Shown here piece after piece: positions 46,636-60,369 of a stretch of 64,000 nt of DNA. The position numbers were made by a program, and so were the translations under genes. The notes below the pieces were generated by a model, which ran no database searches, had not been told where the DNA came from, and saw only the letters and a program-made list of their open reading frames with translations. Source of the stretch: Eledone cirrhosa (taxonomy: Eukaryota); contig OZ024746.1 of the NCBI GenBank assembly GCA_964016885.1, positions 39,184,001 through 39,248,000 of the forward strand, in the 5' to 3' direction. How positions within the stretch are numbered: the stretch's first letter is position 1; every line of letters starts with the position of its first letter.

Positions 46636-47009
46636 CGAGGGCAAGCCCAAAAATAAGGTTTCCTTCCGATATTGCAACTTTTCCGTTAAAATCCTGTGGA
46701 TGGTGCTTCGGGAAACCTCAGGAACCAAAATGCAGAGAGCATCCAGAGTGATCCGCCGATCTTTACGCATGTTTTCCTCGGGAGGAGACCTTACTTTTGG
46801 GATTGCCCTCTATATAATAACTGCGCGAAATTCGCACTTGGGGGTAGCGTTCAACGGGAGCTCTATTCTCAACGGCTGCCAAGCCAAGATTGAGCATTCC
46901 AGCGAAGCGCGCGCATGCTCGTTTGGGAGTGAAGGAAGCACTAATCACAATAGTGTTGCCAACAGCCGTCCTCATCGCTTTGGAGACGTTACTTTTGGGA
47001 TTACCCTCG
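46636..47009. mobile_element. Mariner-type MITE(s) with three TIR copies and TA sites
   Basis: TA|CGAGGGCAAGCCCAAAAATAAGGTTTCC at 46636; inverted copies end at 46810 (..GGGATTGCCCTC|TA) and 47009 (..GGGATTACCCTCG|TA). Confidence 0.8.
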
Positions 47010-47011
47010 TA

Positions 47012-47118
47012 TATTAAATTAACAATGAAAATAAAAACAACAAAGTCAAGTTACTTTACCTTTTGAATAGATAAAGTAACTTGACTTTGTTGCTTTTATT
47101 TTCATTGTTAATTTAATA
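47012..47118. repeat. Near-perfect ~50-bp-arm hairpin
   Basis: TATTAAATTAACAATGAAAATAAAAACAACAAAGTCAAGTTACTTTA...TAAAGTAACTTGACTTTGTTGCTTTTATTTTCATTGTTAATTTAATA. A single arm recurs at ~58225-58273. Confidence 0.9.
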
Positions 47119-47697
47119 CCTAATATCTGACTCTGTATCTAAGGAATTAACTCAGCGGAACACAGAACTTCTCTATGGATTTCATTGGATTACTCGCCAT
47201 TGGATTACATTGAGTTCTATCTACGGTACGGACCCTACCACAAGAAGTAGACCACACTGTAAAATATACATATCTGTATACATATACAGATGTATTCATA
47301 TATTCGTTATGACTTTATATTCGCCTCTGTCTGAAGTTTTTAGTTCCTATTCGATTTATGCCCACACAGTTCACTCGTTCTATTGATTAACCATATAACC
47401 GTATTACTTGTTCTGTTCCGCTTACCAGCACGCTATTTTTGAAATACTATTTTGAACTAGCAATATTCCATTTAAATATCCAATGTCTGAGATAAGTTGT
47501 TGATAATATAAGTTTACAGGCACCAATGCTCAGTGAATAAGATTGTTACTGCTATTATTTAGAAGGAAACTTTCTCAATTCAAACTCGGCTTAGCATTAT
47601 TTATTTGTATTATTGCAAAATTTAAATGAATGAAGTTAACATTGCTATAGCTCCTCAGATGTAGTTTGTTAGAAATGAAGCCTATCTAAGCTCACGC

Positions 47698-47905
47698 AGA
47701 TTGGCAGTATCAGTAGGGCGTCGGACAATATGCTTTGTGGCATTGAGTTACGGCCCTTTACGTTCTGAGTTCACATCCCGCCGAGGTTAGCTTTGCATTT
47801 CATCCTTACGGGGTCGATCAAAAAGTACCACTGGAGTCGATTTAATCGACTTTCCCCTATCCCCCACCCCCCAATTGCTGGCCTTGTGTCTAAAATAGAT
47901 AAAAT
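47698..47905 (+). mobile_element. SINE family A (long subtype with GTCGATTTAATCGAC hairpin)
   Basis: Family A head and body plus an extra ~30-bp segment. Confidence 0.8.
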
Positions 47906-48189
47906 TATTCCATATATCGTTAGTAGTTCTGTGTTCTTCATTCCAAACCTCACACTAACCACTTTGTCCAGTCTTCTCTCGCCAGATTTTCAACCATCTG
48001 AAATGCCCTTCCTGTTTACGTTACTCCCCTCGGCATCATCAAGTTGAATTTCAACTGATTTCTCTAAATCATAAATATAAAGGTAACACATTTAGTCTCT
48101 AGTAAATATTGATTTCTTCTTATTTGGCACGCAGCTATAAATGTGAAAGGGAAATATTAATAATTAAGTTAATTACAGTATCTAACCCA

Positions 48190-48722
48190 TGTTTATTAGA
48201 GTACACCACTAGCTGAATGTAAAGGGGCGTAACGTTAAACAACAAACACTCTTGTAGTATATAGTTATGTCCCTTTACAGTTTAAGTTCAATTCTCACTT
48301 GGTGTAACAATAATTTTCGCAATGATACACCAGCAATTATTATTTTTTTAGCCGAGGTTGACTTTGCCTTTCATCCTTACGGGGTCGATAAAATAAAGTA
48401 CCAGTAATGCACTGGGTAATTGCTGGCCTTGTGCCTAAAGTAGAAACAATTATTTTTTTAAGGAAGGGACAGTGCCCATGACCTTTGCACCCCCCCCCCC
48501 CCACACACACACACACTCCCTGAGACGGGTGACATTAACGAAACCAATTTTCTTCTCGAACAGTTTCAGGTTAATCGCTAGCAAAAAAAAAACTATGGTC
48601 AGAGAGGAAATTAAAGAGGGTCAACGTTCTGACAAAGGGACATAACTAGATACGACAAGAGTGTTTGTTGTTTGTAGTTACGCCCCTTTAAATTCTGTCA
48701 GTAGCGTGCTCTAATAAACACT
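48190..48722. mobile_element. Fold-back element with ~110-bp inverted arms, containing a SINE 3' half (48351-48451)
   Basis: TGTTTATTAGAG..AAAGGGGCGTAAC..AACAACAAACACTCTTGT..TAGTTATGTCCCTTT pairs with AAAGGGACATAACTA..ACAAGAGTGTTTGTTGTT..GTTACGCCCCTTT..CTCTAATAAACA. Confidence 0.75.
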
Positions 48723-49864
48723 GTCGCGTCAAAAGAGACGAGTGAATCAAGAGTAACTGGATAGAGATGGGAGGAGACCCGACATCTTTCAGTAGCCTGA
48801 GGTAGTGTAATAGCGATAGGGAAGGTAGATTGAGGAGATAGAGCGTCTGCAGGTCAGAGGTTATAATGTGCTGTGGTAGTGTGGAAGCGGTAGTAAAAGG
48901 CAGTTGTGGAGATAGTGTGTCTATAGGTCAGAGATTAGAATATGCTGGTGAGTGACTTTATGCTAATCAGCGCCTTTAATGAGAAGTGTGTGGGAAGGGA
49001 GTTATAAAGCACTTGTATATAGAACAACTTTTGCCGCCAGGTTAGGCTTCTACCAGCTTGTGGTGCCATGTAACCTAGTACAACCTGTTTCATGTTCGAG
49101 TGGTCGGTGACTAAACCGGCTCCTCCATCAGACCCTGGTCAGATGATGAGGGTAAATGGAATACCAGCAGCGCAAAGAAAAACAAGAGCTGTAAAAAGGG
49201 TGGATGAACTCGTCATGTCAACAGCCATTCACCCCAGCTATGGGTTAAATAGCCTCACCAACCCGCAATTCACCAAGCGTGGTAAGTACGGCTACACACC
49301 TGACGTGACCAAAATCAAACAGAAAGCGGTGGAGGTGAATGGGAAGTGTTTCTCCAACTGGCGCGAGAAGGCCCTGAATTGGATCGGCCAGCAGCTGTAC
49401 CGTCACAGCTATGGGTTTCACTTGATCTTCGTAAAGTGATATCGATTCGGTCTTCTCCCTCTCTATTAATGTGTACATTAGAACTGGAAATAATTTACAG
49501 TATTTTGTTACGTCCCTTTAATTTCTGGGTTCAAACTCCGCCCAGGTTAGCTATGTTTTTCATCTTTTCGGCGTTGATAAAATACAACGCCTGTCAAATA
49601 ATAGAATCGATACAATGGACTAGCCTCTCATCCAGTATTGAGTGCTTGTACTTGTGTAAGTAATCGATATTTATTTCTAAGGCTTCGTGTTAATGAAAAA
49701 AATGTCCTTCCTTGCATGATAAAGTCATGTGGTAGTTTCAATGATCGGTTGAAATGATTTCACTTCCTTTGAATCACTAATACGTTTTGAAAATATATGG
49801 GCGTTGTGATTCCCATTTTGTCTCCTACCACCACCACCACCACCACTACCACCAACAACAACAA

Positions 49865-50078
49865 CAGACCTGTCAACTCTCTCCGTCCGACGGGGAGGTC
49901 TCCCACCTACTTTGGGTTGGTGAGAAGTGTCTTCTCTAGCGAAAATGGGTAAAGCTTTCATTATGTAAAATCTCCCCATTTTGCCTCATTTCTCCTGTTT
50001 TGGGGCACTTTTCTCGTGTTTTGGGGCACTTTTTCTCATGGTATTCCCCGTTTGGGTTTTTAGAGGTTGGCAGGTCTG
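49865..50078. mobile_element. hAT (Tip100-like) MITE inside a (CAC/CAA)n tract
   Basis: TIRs CAGACCTGTCAAC / GTTGGCAGGTCTG; internal duplication of GTTTTGGGGCACTTTT. Confidence 0.65.
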
Positions 50079-50489
50079 ACACTATCACCCTCACTACCAC
50101 TACCCCTACCACCACAACCACTATCGCCACCATCACCACCAATGCTAGAATATTCGATTATATCTTCGATTCCATTGCATAGTCAAGCTAGTTAAGGGCG
50201 TAACCATTAAAAACAGGAATGTCGTGACAAGCAGAACATTAGAGGTAGTGACAAAGTAACGTGATATCTTACAGATACATCAGTATAAAATAATTGAAAT
50301 GACAAACAAACATATTCAATAAACAAAATATCACAATATCACGAAAGACCATTGACATTATATAAAAATAATAGAGCAGTATCTAATAAAAACAAACACA
50401 CTATTAAAGGGAACAGAAAAGGAAAAAAGGATCAAGCAACGAAAAAAAGGTGGCAGGTGGAGGGACAGACACTACGCCCCAGACTGAGC

Positions 50490-50716
50490 GGTGCCTCAAC
50501 CACGCCCCACGGACAAAATGGCAAAGGTGTTACCGCAGAGAATGACCAAAGACACCCACGCAAAGGCCACCCCACCTCACGGAGCTCTCTCCTTAAGCGG
50601 GCCGCCGGCTTTACGGAGGAAATCAGTAGTGTAGGGACCAAGGACGCCAGAAGTCTCGGCGGTTGACAGAAACCGGTACAAAGAGGAAGTGGTTGATCAA
50701 AGCCCGGTATTTGACT
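50490..50716 (-). mobile_element. CRE-like RLE C-terminal remnant
   Basis: Minus strand KYRALINHFLFVPVSV/ETSGVLGP..FAWVSLVILCGNTFAILSVGRG*, homologous to 33425-33760. Confidence 0.7.
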
Positions 50717-50776
50717 ATCTTTGTCTCATCCGCATTACAGGAAATGGAACCCATATATTATTATCAATATTTCTGA

Positions 50777-50996
50777 GGGCGGTAGATTGGCAGTATTGGT
50801 AGAGCGTCGGACACTCTGCTTCACAGCATAGAGTTACGGCTCTTTACGCTCTGAGTTCAAATCCCGCCGAGGTTAACTTTGCATTTTATCCTTACGGGGT
50901 CGTTAAAATAAAACACCAGTAATGCACTGGGGTCGATTTAACCAACTTTCCCCTCCCCCTAAACATTGCTGGCCTTACGCCTATGGTAGAAATCAT
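50777..50996 (+). mobile_element. SINE family A (long subtype)
   Basis: GGGCGGTAGATTGGCAGTATTGGTAGAG head, B box GAGTTCAAATCCC, family A end. Confidence 0.85.
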
Positions 50997-51241
50997 TATT
51001 ATCAAATATTTCTCATCTAAGTATGTTCTCAGTTACTGGAGTTATTCTTAATCACACATTGAAAAGATTAAAATTGTAAGAGAAAGAATGAAGAAATATT
51101 TCACATATTAACCCGATGAATTCAATACCACATAGGATGGTTGTAATCCACACTAATCAAGGTTCACAGTATAGACACAAACAATTAGTGAAGCATTTAA
51201 AGATTTACTTGCTTCAATATTGTATCAATGTCAGCAAATAC

Positions 51242-51287
<46 letters not shown>

Positions 51288-51562
51288 AGTTTTGTAGAAA
51301 AAATGAATAAATGATTGACACAAACTTTAGTGTATAACTGGTACTTATGTTTATCAGGGTGGCGAATTGGCTGAGTCGTTAGAACGTCAGAGTGATTTGC
51401 GGTATTCATTCCGTCTGTCTACACACCGAAATCAACTTTGCCTGTTATCCTTTCGATATCGATAAAAAAATATCAGTCCAATACTGGGGTCATTTCTTCT
51501 CTTTCTCACTTCTTTCTATCACTGTTTCTCCTTCTCTCGAAGAAATAGTCTATGTTTCGATC

Positions 51563-51737
51563 CGGAGAGGAGATGGCCACCACCGGATTTAAAAAATGCC
51601 GAAGAAACGCTTACGGTACCAGGAGTTATTGATTCGTACATGTATGGTCCTGTAACTCCTGATAGAGTCGTAGGGGCGCCGTATTGACATATGGCGTTAC
51701 TTGGGCATTTTAAGCCTGGCGGAGCCCATCCCTCTCC
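51563..51737. repeat. Imperfect fold-back of a dispersed ~100-bp repeat (single arms at ~26171-26275 + and ~42430-42537 -)
   Basis: GGAGAGGAGATGG..AAAATGCCGAAGAAACGC..CAGGAGTTA versus TAACTCCTG..GCGTTACTTGGGCATTTT..CCATCCCTCTCC. Confidence 0.65.
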
Positions 51738-52480
51738 AGCCCTGAGGACAGCAGATTTCTTCCAGAGAAAGATAGAAAGTCTGAGAGAGGTAATGAGAAA
51801 GAGATATAGAGGAAAAAATCGACGCTAGTACAAGAATGGTACTTATTTTATCGACCACGAAAGGATGAAAAGCAAAGTTGAACTCGCCGTCTATTGGTTT
51901 CTTCTTACATATTCATTTGTACTGGCAAAATTATCTCTAAACAAGAGAGCTTCTCTGTTTCAACTTGATTGCAAAAAAATATCAGCTACTTCTCTTCAAC
52001 TCACACCCAAATGCCTTAAATAAGAAATGACATTTGATATTTCAGTCCTAGATTTACAACATCTGAAAGAAATATGTGCTTGGCATGGTTGGAATACCTT
52101 TGATGATAGATCTGACCTGTGGGTTAAACAGTGGAGAATGTAACTAAATGCCAAAAGACAGTCAATCGTTTCTGCTATTAGATATATATCGATTTCCTGT
52201 ATAACTACAATATTTTAAACTGAAGACCCTATAATCATAGTTTGAAACACACGTATTCACCCACTAACACTACTTTTTTCTAAAGGAGCTGAAAACAAGT
52301 TTCAATCAATACTTGACTAATTAGTTTAGAAAGTAAATATGTTTAGATGAGATTTTTACATCTCCGAAATCACTCTTACAGATTTGACAGGAGCAGCTGC
52401 TGTTCACTCATAGACACAAAAACACAACGTTTTGCCTTTCATTTGGAAAGCTGTCGGTTGTACTGCTAACAGTCAAATAT

Positions 52481-52912
52481 GGCTTCTGATTTAGGCACAA
52501 GGACAACAATTTCTGGTGGTAGAGGGAAAAGTCGATTAAATTGACCCCAGTGCGTTACTGGTATTTTATTTTATCGACCCCGTATGGCTGAAAGACAAAG
52601 CTAACCCCGGCGAGGTTTGACCTTAGAATGTAAAGAGCCGTAACTCTATGCTGCAAAGCAGGGTGTCTGATGTTCTACCGATACTACCAATTATAATAAT
52701 AATTGTTTCTACTTTAGGCACAAGGCCAGCAATTTGAAAGGGAGGGGAAAGTCGATTAAATCGACCCCAGTGCATTACTGGTGCTTTATTTTATCGAACC
52801 TGTAAAGATGAAAGGCAAAGCCTGCCTCGGCAGTATTTTAACTCAGAACGTAAAGGGTCGTAACTATATGTCACAAAGCATTTTGTCCGACGCTCTACAG
52901 ATACTGCCAATC
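52481..52912 (-). mobile_element. Two tandem SINE family A copies (long subtype): 52481-52691 and 52700-52912
   Basis: Two consecutive reverse-complement matches separated by (TAA)n. Confidence 0.85.
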
Positions 52913-52932
52913 AAATATATATATATATATAC

Positions 52933-53065
52933 CAGTCGTGGGCAAAGTGCGGACTGATTGGCTTTCTGAATGGCACGCCTAATTTCAAAATTGCCTTTAA
53001 TTTATTAGTAGTGTAGCACACTTTACGATTGAGGCCCAGTACTCGAAAAAGGCTGCCCAAGCCTG
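52933..53065. mobile_element. Small hAT-type MITE
   Basis: Ends CAGTCGTGGGCAA / TGCCCAAGCCTG with TATA-rich flanks. Confidence 0.45.
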
Positions 53066-53660
53066 ATATACTCTTCTATATTGCTGTAACAGCAACTTGT
53101 TATAAATACATGTTTGTTAACATTTTACTATTTACATTACTCTATATTTACTATTGTATTTTCCCAGTAAACACTTTATCTCACATAATATCGAATCTAC
53201 GAGATTTTGATATTATTTATTTTGAGAACAATACCTTAATGTCAGTATGAGTGGCCAGTTACGGCCAGTTTTGAACAGAAAGAGATGAGAGAATTCTGGA
53301 CGAATATGGCTGGTTTAAAATAACAGCTGAGTGCAGCTGGTCCAGTGTGTATGAGTGTGCACATGTTGCATTGAGAAGATTGTTAGATGGCTTCAGATTG
53401 TAGTACAGTTCGAGGTTAAGCCTGACCCAGCCGTCTATGATCAAAGGCATTCCAAACATGTCCATCCCGTCTTTTGTGGTGGCATCAATTGTGTGCTTCT
53501 ATATTTTCAAAATAGTGGAGTACGATTTGAAGAAGATTTGGATGTTATTTCTAGCAGGTTGAACACACATGTAGAGGCTCCTTCATTAGCCCAAAAATGG
53601 GTTGAGAGTGTTGCACGTGTGTCTCATGTTATCAGAGGGGGGAGGGGAGAAGAGTGTGTG

Positions 53661-55104
<1,444 letters not shown>

Positions 55105-55106
<2 letters not shown>

Positions 55107-57468
55107 AGCAGAGGTACCCGGCGTTGCTCGGGTATTAAATAGCAGTTGTGTATGCCATTTATGTCAATACTTCAGTGCTACTTCGAAAACTATACTTTTA
55201 CAAAATCATCAGCTTTTTCCAAAAGAGGGTTCCTGCCCCCAGGGGTCCCCTACTCAATATGTGCCAATTCTGAGAGTTCACATTCATCTGTAGGACAAAC
55301 GAAGCCCATGTGTCAAGTTTTTTGAAAATTGGTTGCGAACTCCAGAAGTTATGATGTTTTGTTGCATTGCACTGCAGTGCTTCAGTCGAATCCAAGGAAG
55401 TGGTTAAAGGGGGTTATCTACCGAGAGGCCCTATAACCAATATCTGGGAAAATGAAAGTGCCCATGATCATCCGGAGTACATAAGTAACGTATGTCTTAA
55501 GTTTGGTGAAAATACTGTAGAAATGCATAAGGTTTATACACGCGCGCACTCGTGTGTGTGTGTGGGGGTATGTATTTGTGTGTGCGTATGTATGTGTATG
55601 TCCGTTGGGGCATACGTATGGACTGGCCTAAATCTTCACTATTTACTTTTACTATTTTAATAACCTCTGTCATTTTCGTTTTCAATTTTATTTACATCAT
55701 TCTTAAACTCCGGGGCTGGAAATCATTCTGTTATGTTAAATAGAATATTAGTCTAACGACTCCATTTATACCATAAACTTGGTCTTGTCTTTGCATGAAA
55801 TTGTTCTTCCCGCTCCACATAACGTATTATCCTCGTTTTTTATTCCGTTCATTGCCAGGGAACGTCTTCACGAACCAAAATATTGTATTCCAGTTTTCCT
55901 TCGGTTGGAACATTTCTCGAAATATTTACTTCTGCATGAAAGTAACAGAAAGAGTTATAGCACAGCTGATTAGGGACCGGGTGAATATAGACGAGATGCA
56001 ATTTGGGTTTGTACCAGGAAGAGGCACCACTGATGCCCTCTTCCTTGTGAGGCAATTACAGGAAAAGTAGAGAGAAAGGGTCTCAAAGTCAACATGACAA
56101 AGACTAAGGTCCTTGTAAATAGACGAGAAAACAGAACCCAGATCCCCTCAGGGAAATGGCCTTGCTCAGTATGTAGGAAAGGTGTAGGTAGGAACTCCAT
56201 TCTCTGCCCCAAATGCAAACAATGGGTACACAAGAGATGTAGCGGGATCTCAGGAAGCTTAATTAAGAATGTAGGATTCACATGCAGCAGCTGTGCTGAA
56301 ACAGCAAGCAGCAAACAGCCACAGGAAACAAGTACCACCAATCTCTGGGAGGGCCCTGTAGAAACAGTAGACAGCTTCTGCTACCTAGGTGACCGAATTA
56401 GCAACGGAGGTGGGTGTTCAGAAAGTACAATAACTAGGGTAAGAACGGGATGGAAGAAGTTTAGGGAACTACTACCACTGCTAGCTGCAAAAGGCTTCTC
56501 CCTCAGAATGAAAGGCAGACTGTATGATGCGTGTATCCGAACAGCGATGTTGCATGGTAGTGAGACCTGGGCGCTGAAGGTGGAAGACTTACGTAGATTA
56601 GAGAGAAACGAAGCCTGCATGCTCCGATGGATGTGTAACAGTAATATACGTGAACGACAAAGCATAAATGAATTGAGAGAGACTGAGCATAAGAGGAATC
56701 AAATGCTGTGTGCAGGAGAGGCGGTTGCGCTGGTATGGACATGTGATGCGTATGAAGGATGACAGCTGCATAAAAAGGTGCAGAGCACTAGAAGTTGATG
56801 GAAACCGCGGAGTGGGGAGACCCAAGATGACCTGGGATGAGGTGATAAAAGCCGACCTTACCCAATTACACCTCTCAAAGACAATGACACACGACCGTGA
56901 CTTCTGGCGTCACGCAGTAATACAGAGTACCCGACCTCCCATGGGTACATGCTGAAGCATATAAACAATATGCCCCCACCGCAAGGTGGTCGTGGAGGTG
57001 CCACGGCAAAAAAGCACCCAGCCCACACTGTAAAGTGGACGTGTAGGTGCCACGAAAAAGCACCCAGCACTCACTGTAAATGAGGTTGGTGTTAGGAAGG
57101 GCATCCAGCTGTAGAAATCAAGTCAGATCAGTTCCTGTATGAGCAAGGCATGGTCAGCCGACCAGACACTGCACACAACAGGACAACCCGTCTAACCCAT
57201 GCTAGCGTGGAAGAACGGACGTAAAACGGTGATGATGATGATTCACAGATTACTCTCAGTTCAATTTGAATGGGAAATTCCTGTTTCATCGATTTTCTCC
57301 ATAACCATGGAAGCTTGTACCCTAAAAGTCGACCCAACGCCTCCTCGGGTCATTCTGCATAACTGTGTAAATTTTCGCTGCATTCCACCAAGCGGTTTAG
57401 ACGTTTATCCGACTACACCTACTTACTTAAATATATAACTTCCGACCACTTCCAATTTATATAGTAGA
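55105..57468 (-). mobile_element. Non-autonomous Helitron with both termini, interrupted by RTE copy 3
   Basis: Minus-strand 5' end A|TCTACTATATAAATT at 57468. The 3' hairpin CCCGAGCAACGCCGGG (55117-55132) is followed 8 nt later by CTAG|T at 55105-55108. A/T insertion site with no TSD. Confidence 0.75.
55935..57242 (+). mobile_element. RTE LINE copy 3 (diverged subfamily, 5'-truncated, internal deletion at ~56068)
   Basis: MKVTERVIAQL..QFGF..QLQEK is joined directly to the ..KGLKVNMTKTK region (FVDLEKAFD-YADD segment lost). PHD finger, RLRWYGHV motif, 3' UTR and (GAT)n tail are present. Confidence 0.9.
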
Positions 57469-57685
57469 TATATACATATATATATACACAGTTCAAGAGT
57501 AACCAATCTTAAAGAGAGAGATGGAGATAAGAGAGAAGAGTGACATTATTATTATTATTATTCTCTACATTCCTTACATCAAACTAAAATATGTTGACAA
57601 TCTTTTAATAATGTCTTTCTTGTGAAATCTGCAGTCTTGTTTTGCTTAACTAATGAATATATTATACATATATATATATATATAC

Positions 57686-57724
<39 letters not shown>

Positions 57725-58719
57725 CAATTTTAGGTTTAATCAATAAATATAGAATATGTTTAGATAATGTTTCTCAGAAAAAGCTCAAATAAAACTAGGA
57801 AACCATGGTCTTGATTGAGTCTTCGCAATAATCAATGGTTGGTGATTGATACTAATCATTATAATCGATGGTGCATGTTCAATCCTCTTTGGTCCCTAGA
57901 AACAGATCTATGATTGGATGGTCATATTTGGAAGTACGGCCATTTAAATATAACTTATTTGTTATGTGACTAATGTTTTTTTTTATTTAACACCTTAAAT
58001 AGTATTTGTTTTTATATGTATATTATGTATTAAACCTGGTTAGTTTCTCAACCGATATATTTTTATCATTTAAAATTATTTATATATATATAGATTTGTT
58101 TCCGAAGAAGACGGTCTGATCGAACCTATATACGAGGTCTGATAGTATACAGTTATATAACTGCTATAGATCAGACAATATAGTCGACCCTCCCAAATGA
58201 TCATAAAACAATGATATGAATAGGTAAAATAACTTGACTTTGTTGTTTTTATTTTCATTGTTAATTTAATACCTTTATATATATATATATATACAGAGAG
58301 AGAGGGCGAGAGAGGGGGGCAGATTACCAGAACATCCTCATATAATAGTTTAATTAAGCTCATCCATTATCTGGAAATGGAGAATGGAATTAGTTTGAAC
58401 TTGGAATTGTATCCATTGTGCCAACTTTGATCAAACCGAGTCTATATCCCTTGATATATGGCATTAGATTCAAAAGTTTGGTCTAATTTATCAGTTAGTT
58501 ATAAACCAAACTACACTAACTCAAAGAAGAAAGTGTCTACAAGTTGCATGCCTTTTAGATCACATACTATAATGTATGTATATAGTTTCGTATTTCATCA
58601 TTTTGAAAACTGAAAATCACTAAAAATCCATGTTATAATATCAATCAAGTTCTACAGTTTATACTTAACATAATACCAAAGATTTATTTTTTACCACAGG
58701 CTCCTGTGATTGTGAATAC

Positions 58720-59550
58720 AAGTAGCTGAAATGGGGTTCCTCTGAAGAGTCTTTGGAGTAAGGTTACTTGATAGAGTGCATAGCTCAGAGATTAGAGAGT
58801 CGCTACTTCTCTGAATTGAGAGATCACAGCTCGAATATTACAAACATGTTAAAATGTCTAAGGAAAGAATAGCTGGACAGATTTTATGGGCAAAACCAAC
58901 TGGCAGAGAATCCTGGGGTAGACCCCAAGTGAGATGGTTGGATAACATCCATGAGCTTGGCTGGTCTTGCTTGGGGATCCAGCCATATCAATTGGAGATG
59001 GTTGCTTATAACAGGACCTGCTAGGAGTGTTTGAGGACTGCTCCTCTCACGAAAACGAGGGCAAAGAAGGCGTCTGTGTTAAATAAAGGCATTTGCTTGA
59101 AAAATGTTGTGATCAGAGGTATTTATTAAACTTGACCTCAGAAAGTAAAGGGTTGTACCTAAATGCTGCAAAGCATTTTACCAGCCTACTGCCCTTTTCT
59201 TTGTTGCCCACTTATTCCTGAGAGGGTCATAGTCCTCAAACACTCCTTCCAAGCAGGTCCTGTCAGAAACAACTGTCTCCAACTAATCTAACTAGATCCC
59301 CAAGCAAGACCAACCAAGCTCATGGATGTTATCCAACCCTTTTGCACGAGGTCTACCCCTGGGTCTCCTGCTAGTTGGTTTTGCTTGAAAAATCTGTCCA
59401 GCGATTCTTTCCTGAGATATTCTAACCACATGCCCATAGTGTTGGAGCTGTGATCTCTCAATTTGGTGAAGTAGAGGCTCTACCTGGAGATCTCCGAGCT
59501 ATGTACTCAATCGAATAACATATCTCCAAAGACCCTTTGGAGGAACCCCA
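58720..59550. mobile_element. Tail-to-tail inverted pair of old RTE 3' fragments (58720-59045 +, 59225-59550 -)
   Basis: The plus arm translates AEMGFL..LLDRVHSSEIRESL..IERSQL..GRPQVRWLDNI. GGTTGGATAACATCCATGAGCTTGG is inverted as CCAAGCTCATGGATGTTATCCAACC. Confidence 0.8.
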
Positions 59551-59560
59551 AAACATTAAT

Positions 59561-59767
59561 AATGGTTTCTGATTTAGGCACAAGACCAACAATTTGAGGG
59601 AAGGGAAATGTCAATTAAATCAACCCCAGAGCACTACTAGTTCTGTATTTATCAACTTTGTAAGGATAAATGGCAAAGCTAACCACAGTGAGATTTGGTG
59701 TGTAAAGGGCCATAACTATATGCCACAAAGCAATTTCCCCAACGCTCTAGCAATACTGCCAATCCAC
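59561..59767 (-). mobile_element. SINE family A (long subtype, degraded)
   Basis: Reverse-complement match to the family ends and body. Confidence 0.65.
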
Positions 59768-60027
59768 TGTTTTACTGTCTTTCAAAATATTAATAACAAC
59801 TCTATTGCCCTCAGAAAATATTGGTGACTGTAATGATAATGATGCTGTTTGTTGTCTACTTTGTTTTCTCAGTAATCTGGGTTGAAAGACTTATTGGAGT
59901 GATACAGAGTGATGTACAGTAGAAGTAGGCTCATAGCGGTGTGTGTGTGTGTGTAGGGGGGTCAAATCTGCAACTTGGTTTTAATTCCATGCCATAGACA
60001 TACATATCACTTCAGTTATATCATTTA

Positions 60028-60225
60028 CCCTTTAGCATTTACATTACTCTATATTTACTATTGTATTTTCACAGTAAAGGCTTTACCTCACATAAAATTG
60101 AAGCTACGAGATTTTGATATTTATTTTGATATTTATTTTGAGAACAAAACCTTAACATGAGTGGCCAGTTATGGCTGGTTCGAAGAGAATTCTGGCCAGA
60201 TACAGCTGGTTTAAATGCTAAAGGG
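60028..60225. mobile_element. piggyBac-like MITE (sister of 31786-32007)
   Basis: CCCTTTAGCATTT...AAATGCTAAAGGG|TTAA with a shared internal sequence. Confidence 0.8.
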
Positions 60226-60369
60226 TTAATGAATATCTGTAAGGATAGCAAAAATATTTGAAAATACAGTTCCTTAAATCTTTTAAGACTTTTCCCCCCA
60301 TGGAAGAACTCGTTAGTCAAATATATAAAATATTAATGCAGATATCCTAGATTTATATCCAGTTTACCC

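Noticed and set aside
53325-53630. ORFs 53259-53465 (-) and the start of 53355-54008 (+) as genes
   Set aside because: At best a faint RTE-like GHV motif; it interrupts a MITE and is more likely a decayed LINE fragment.
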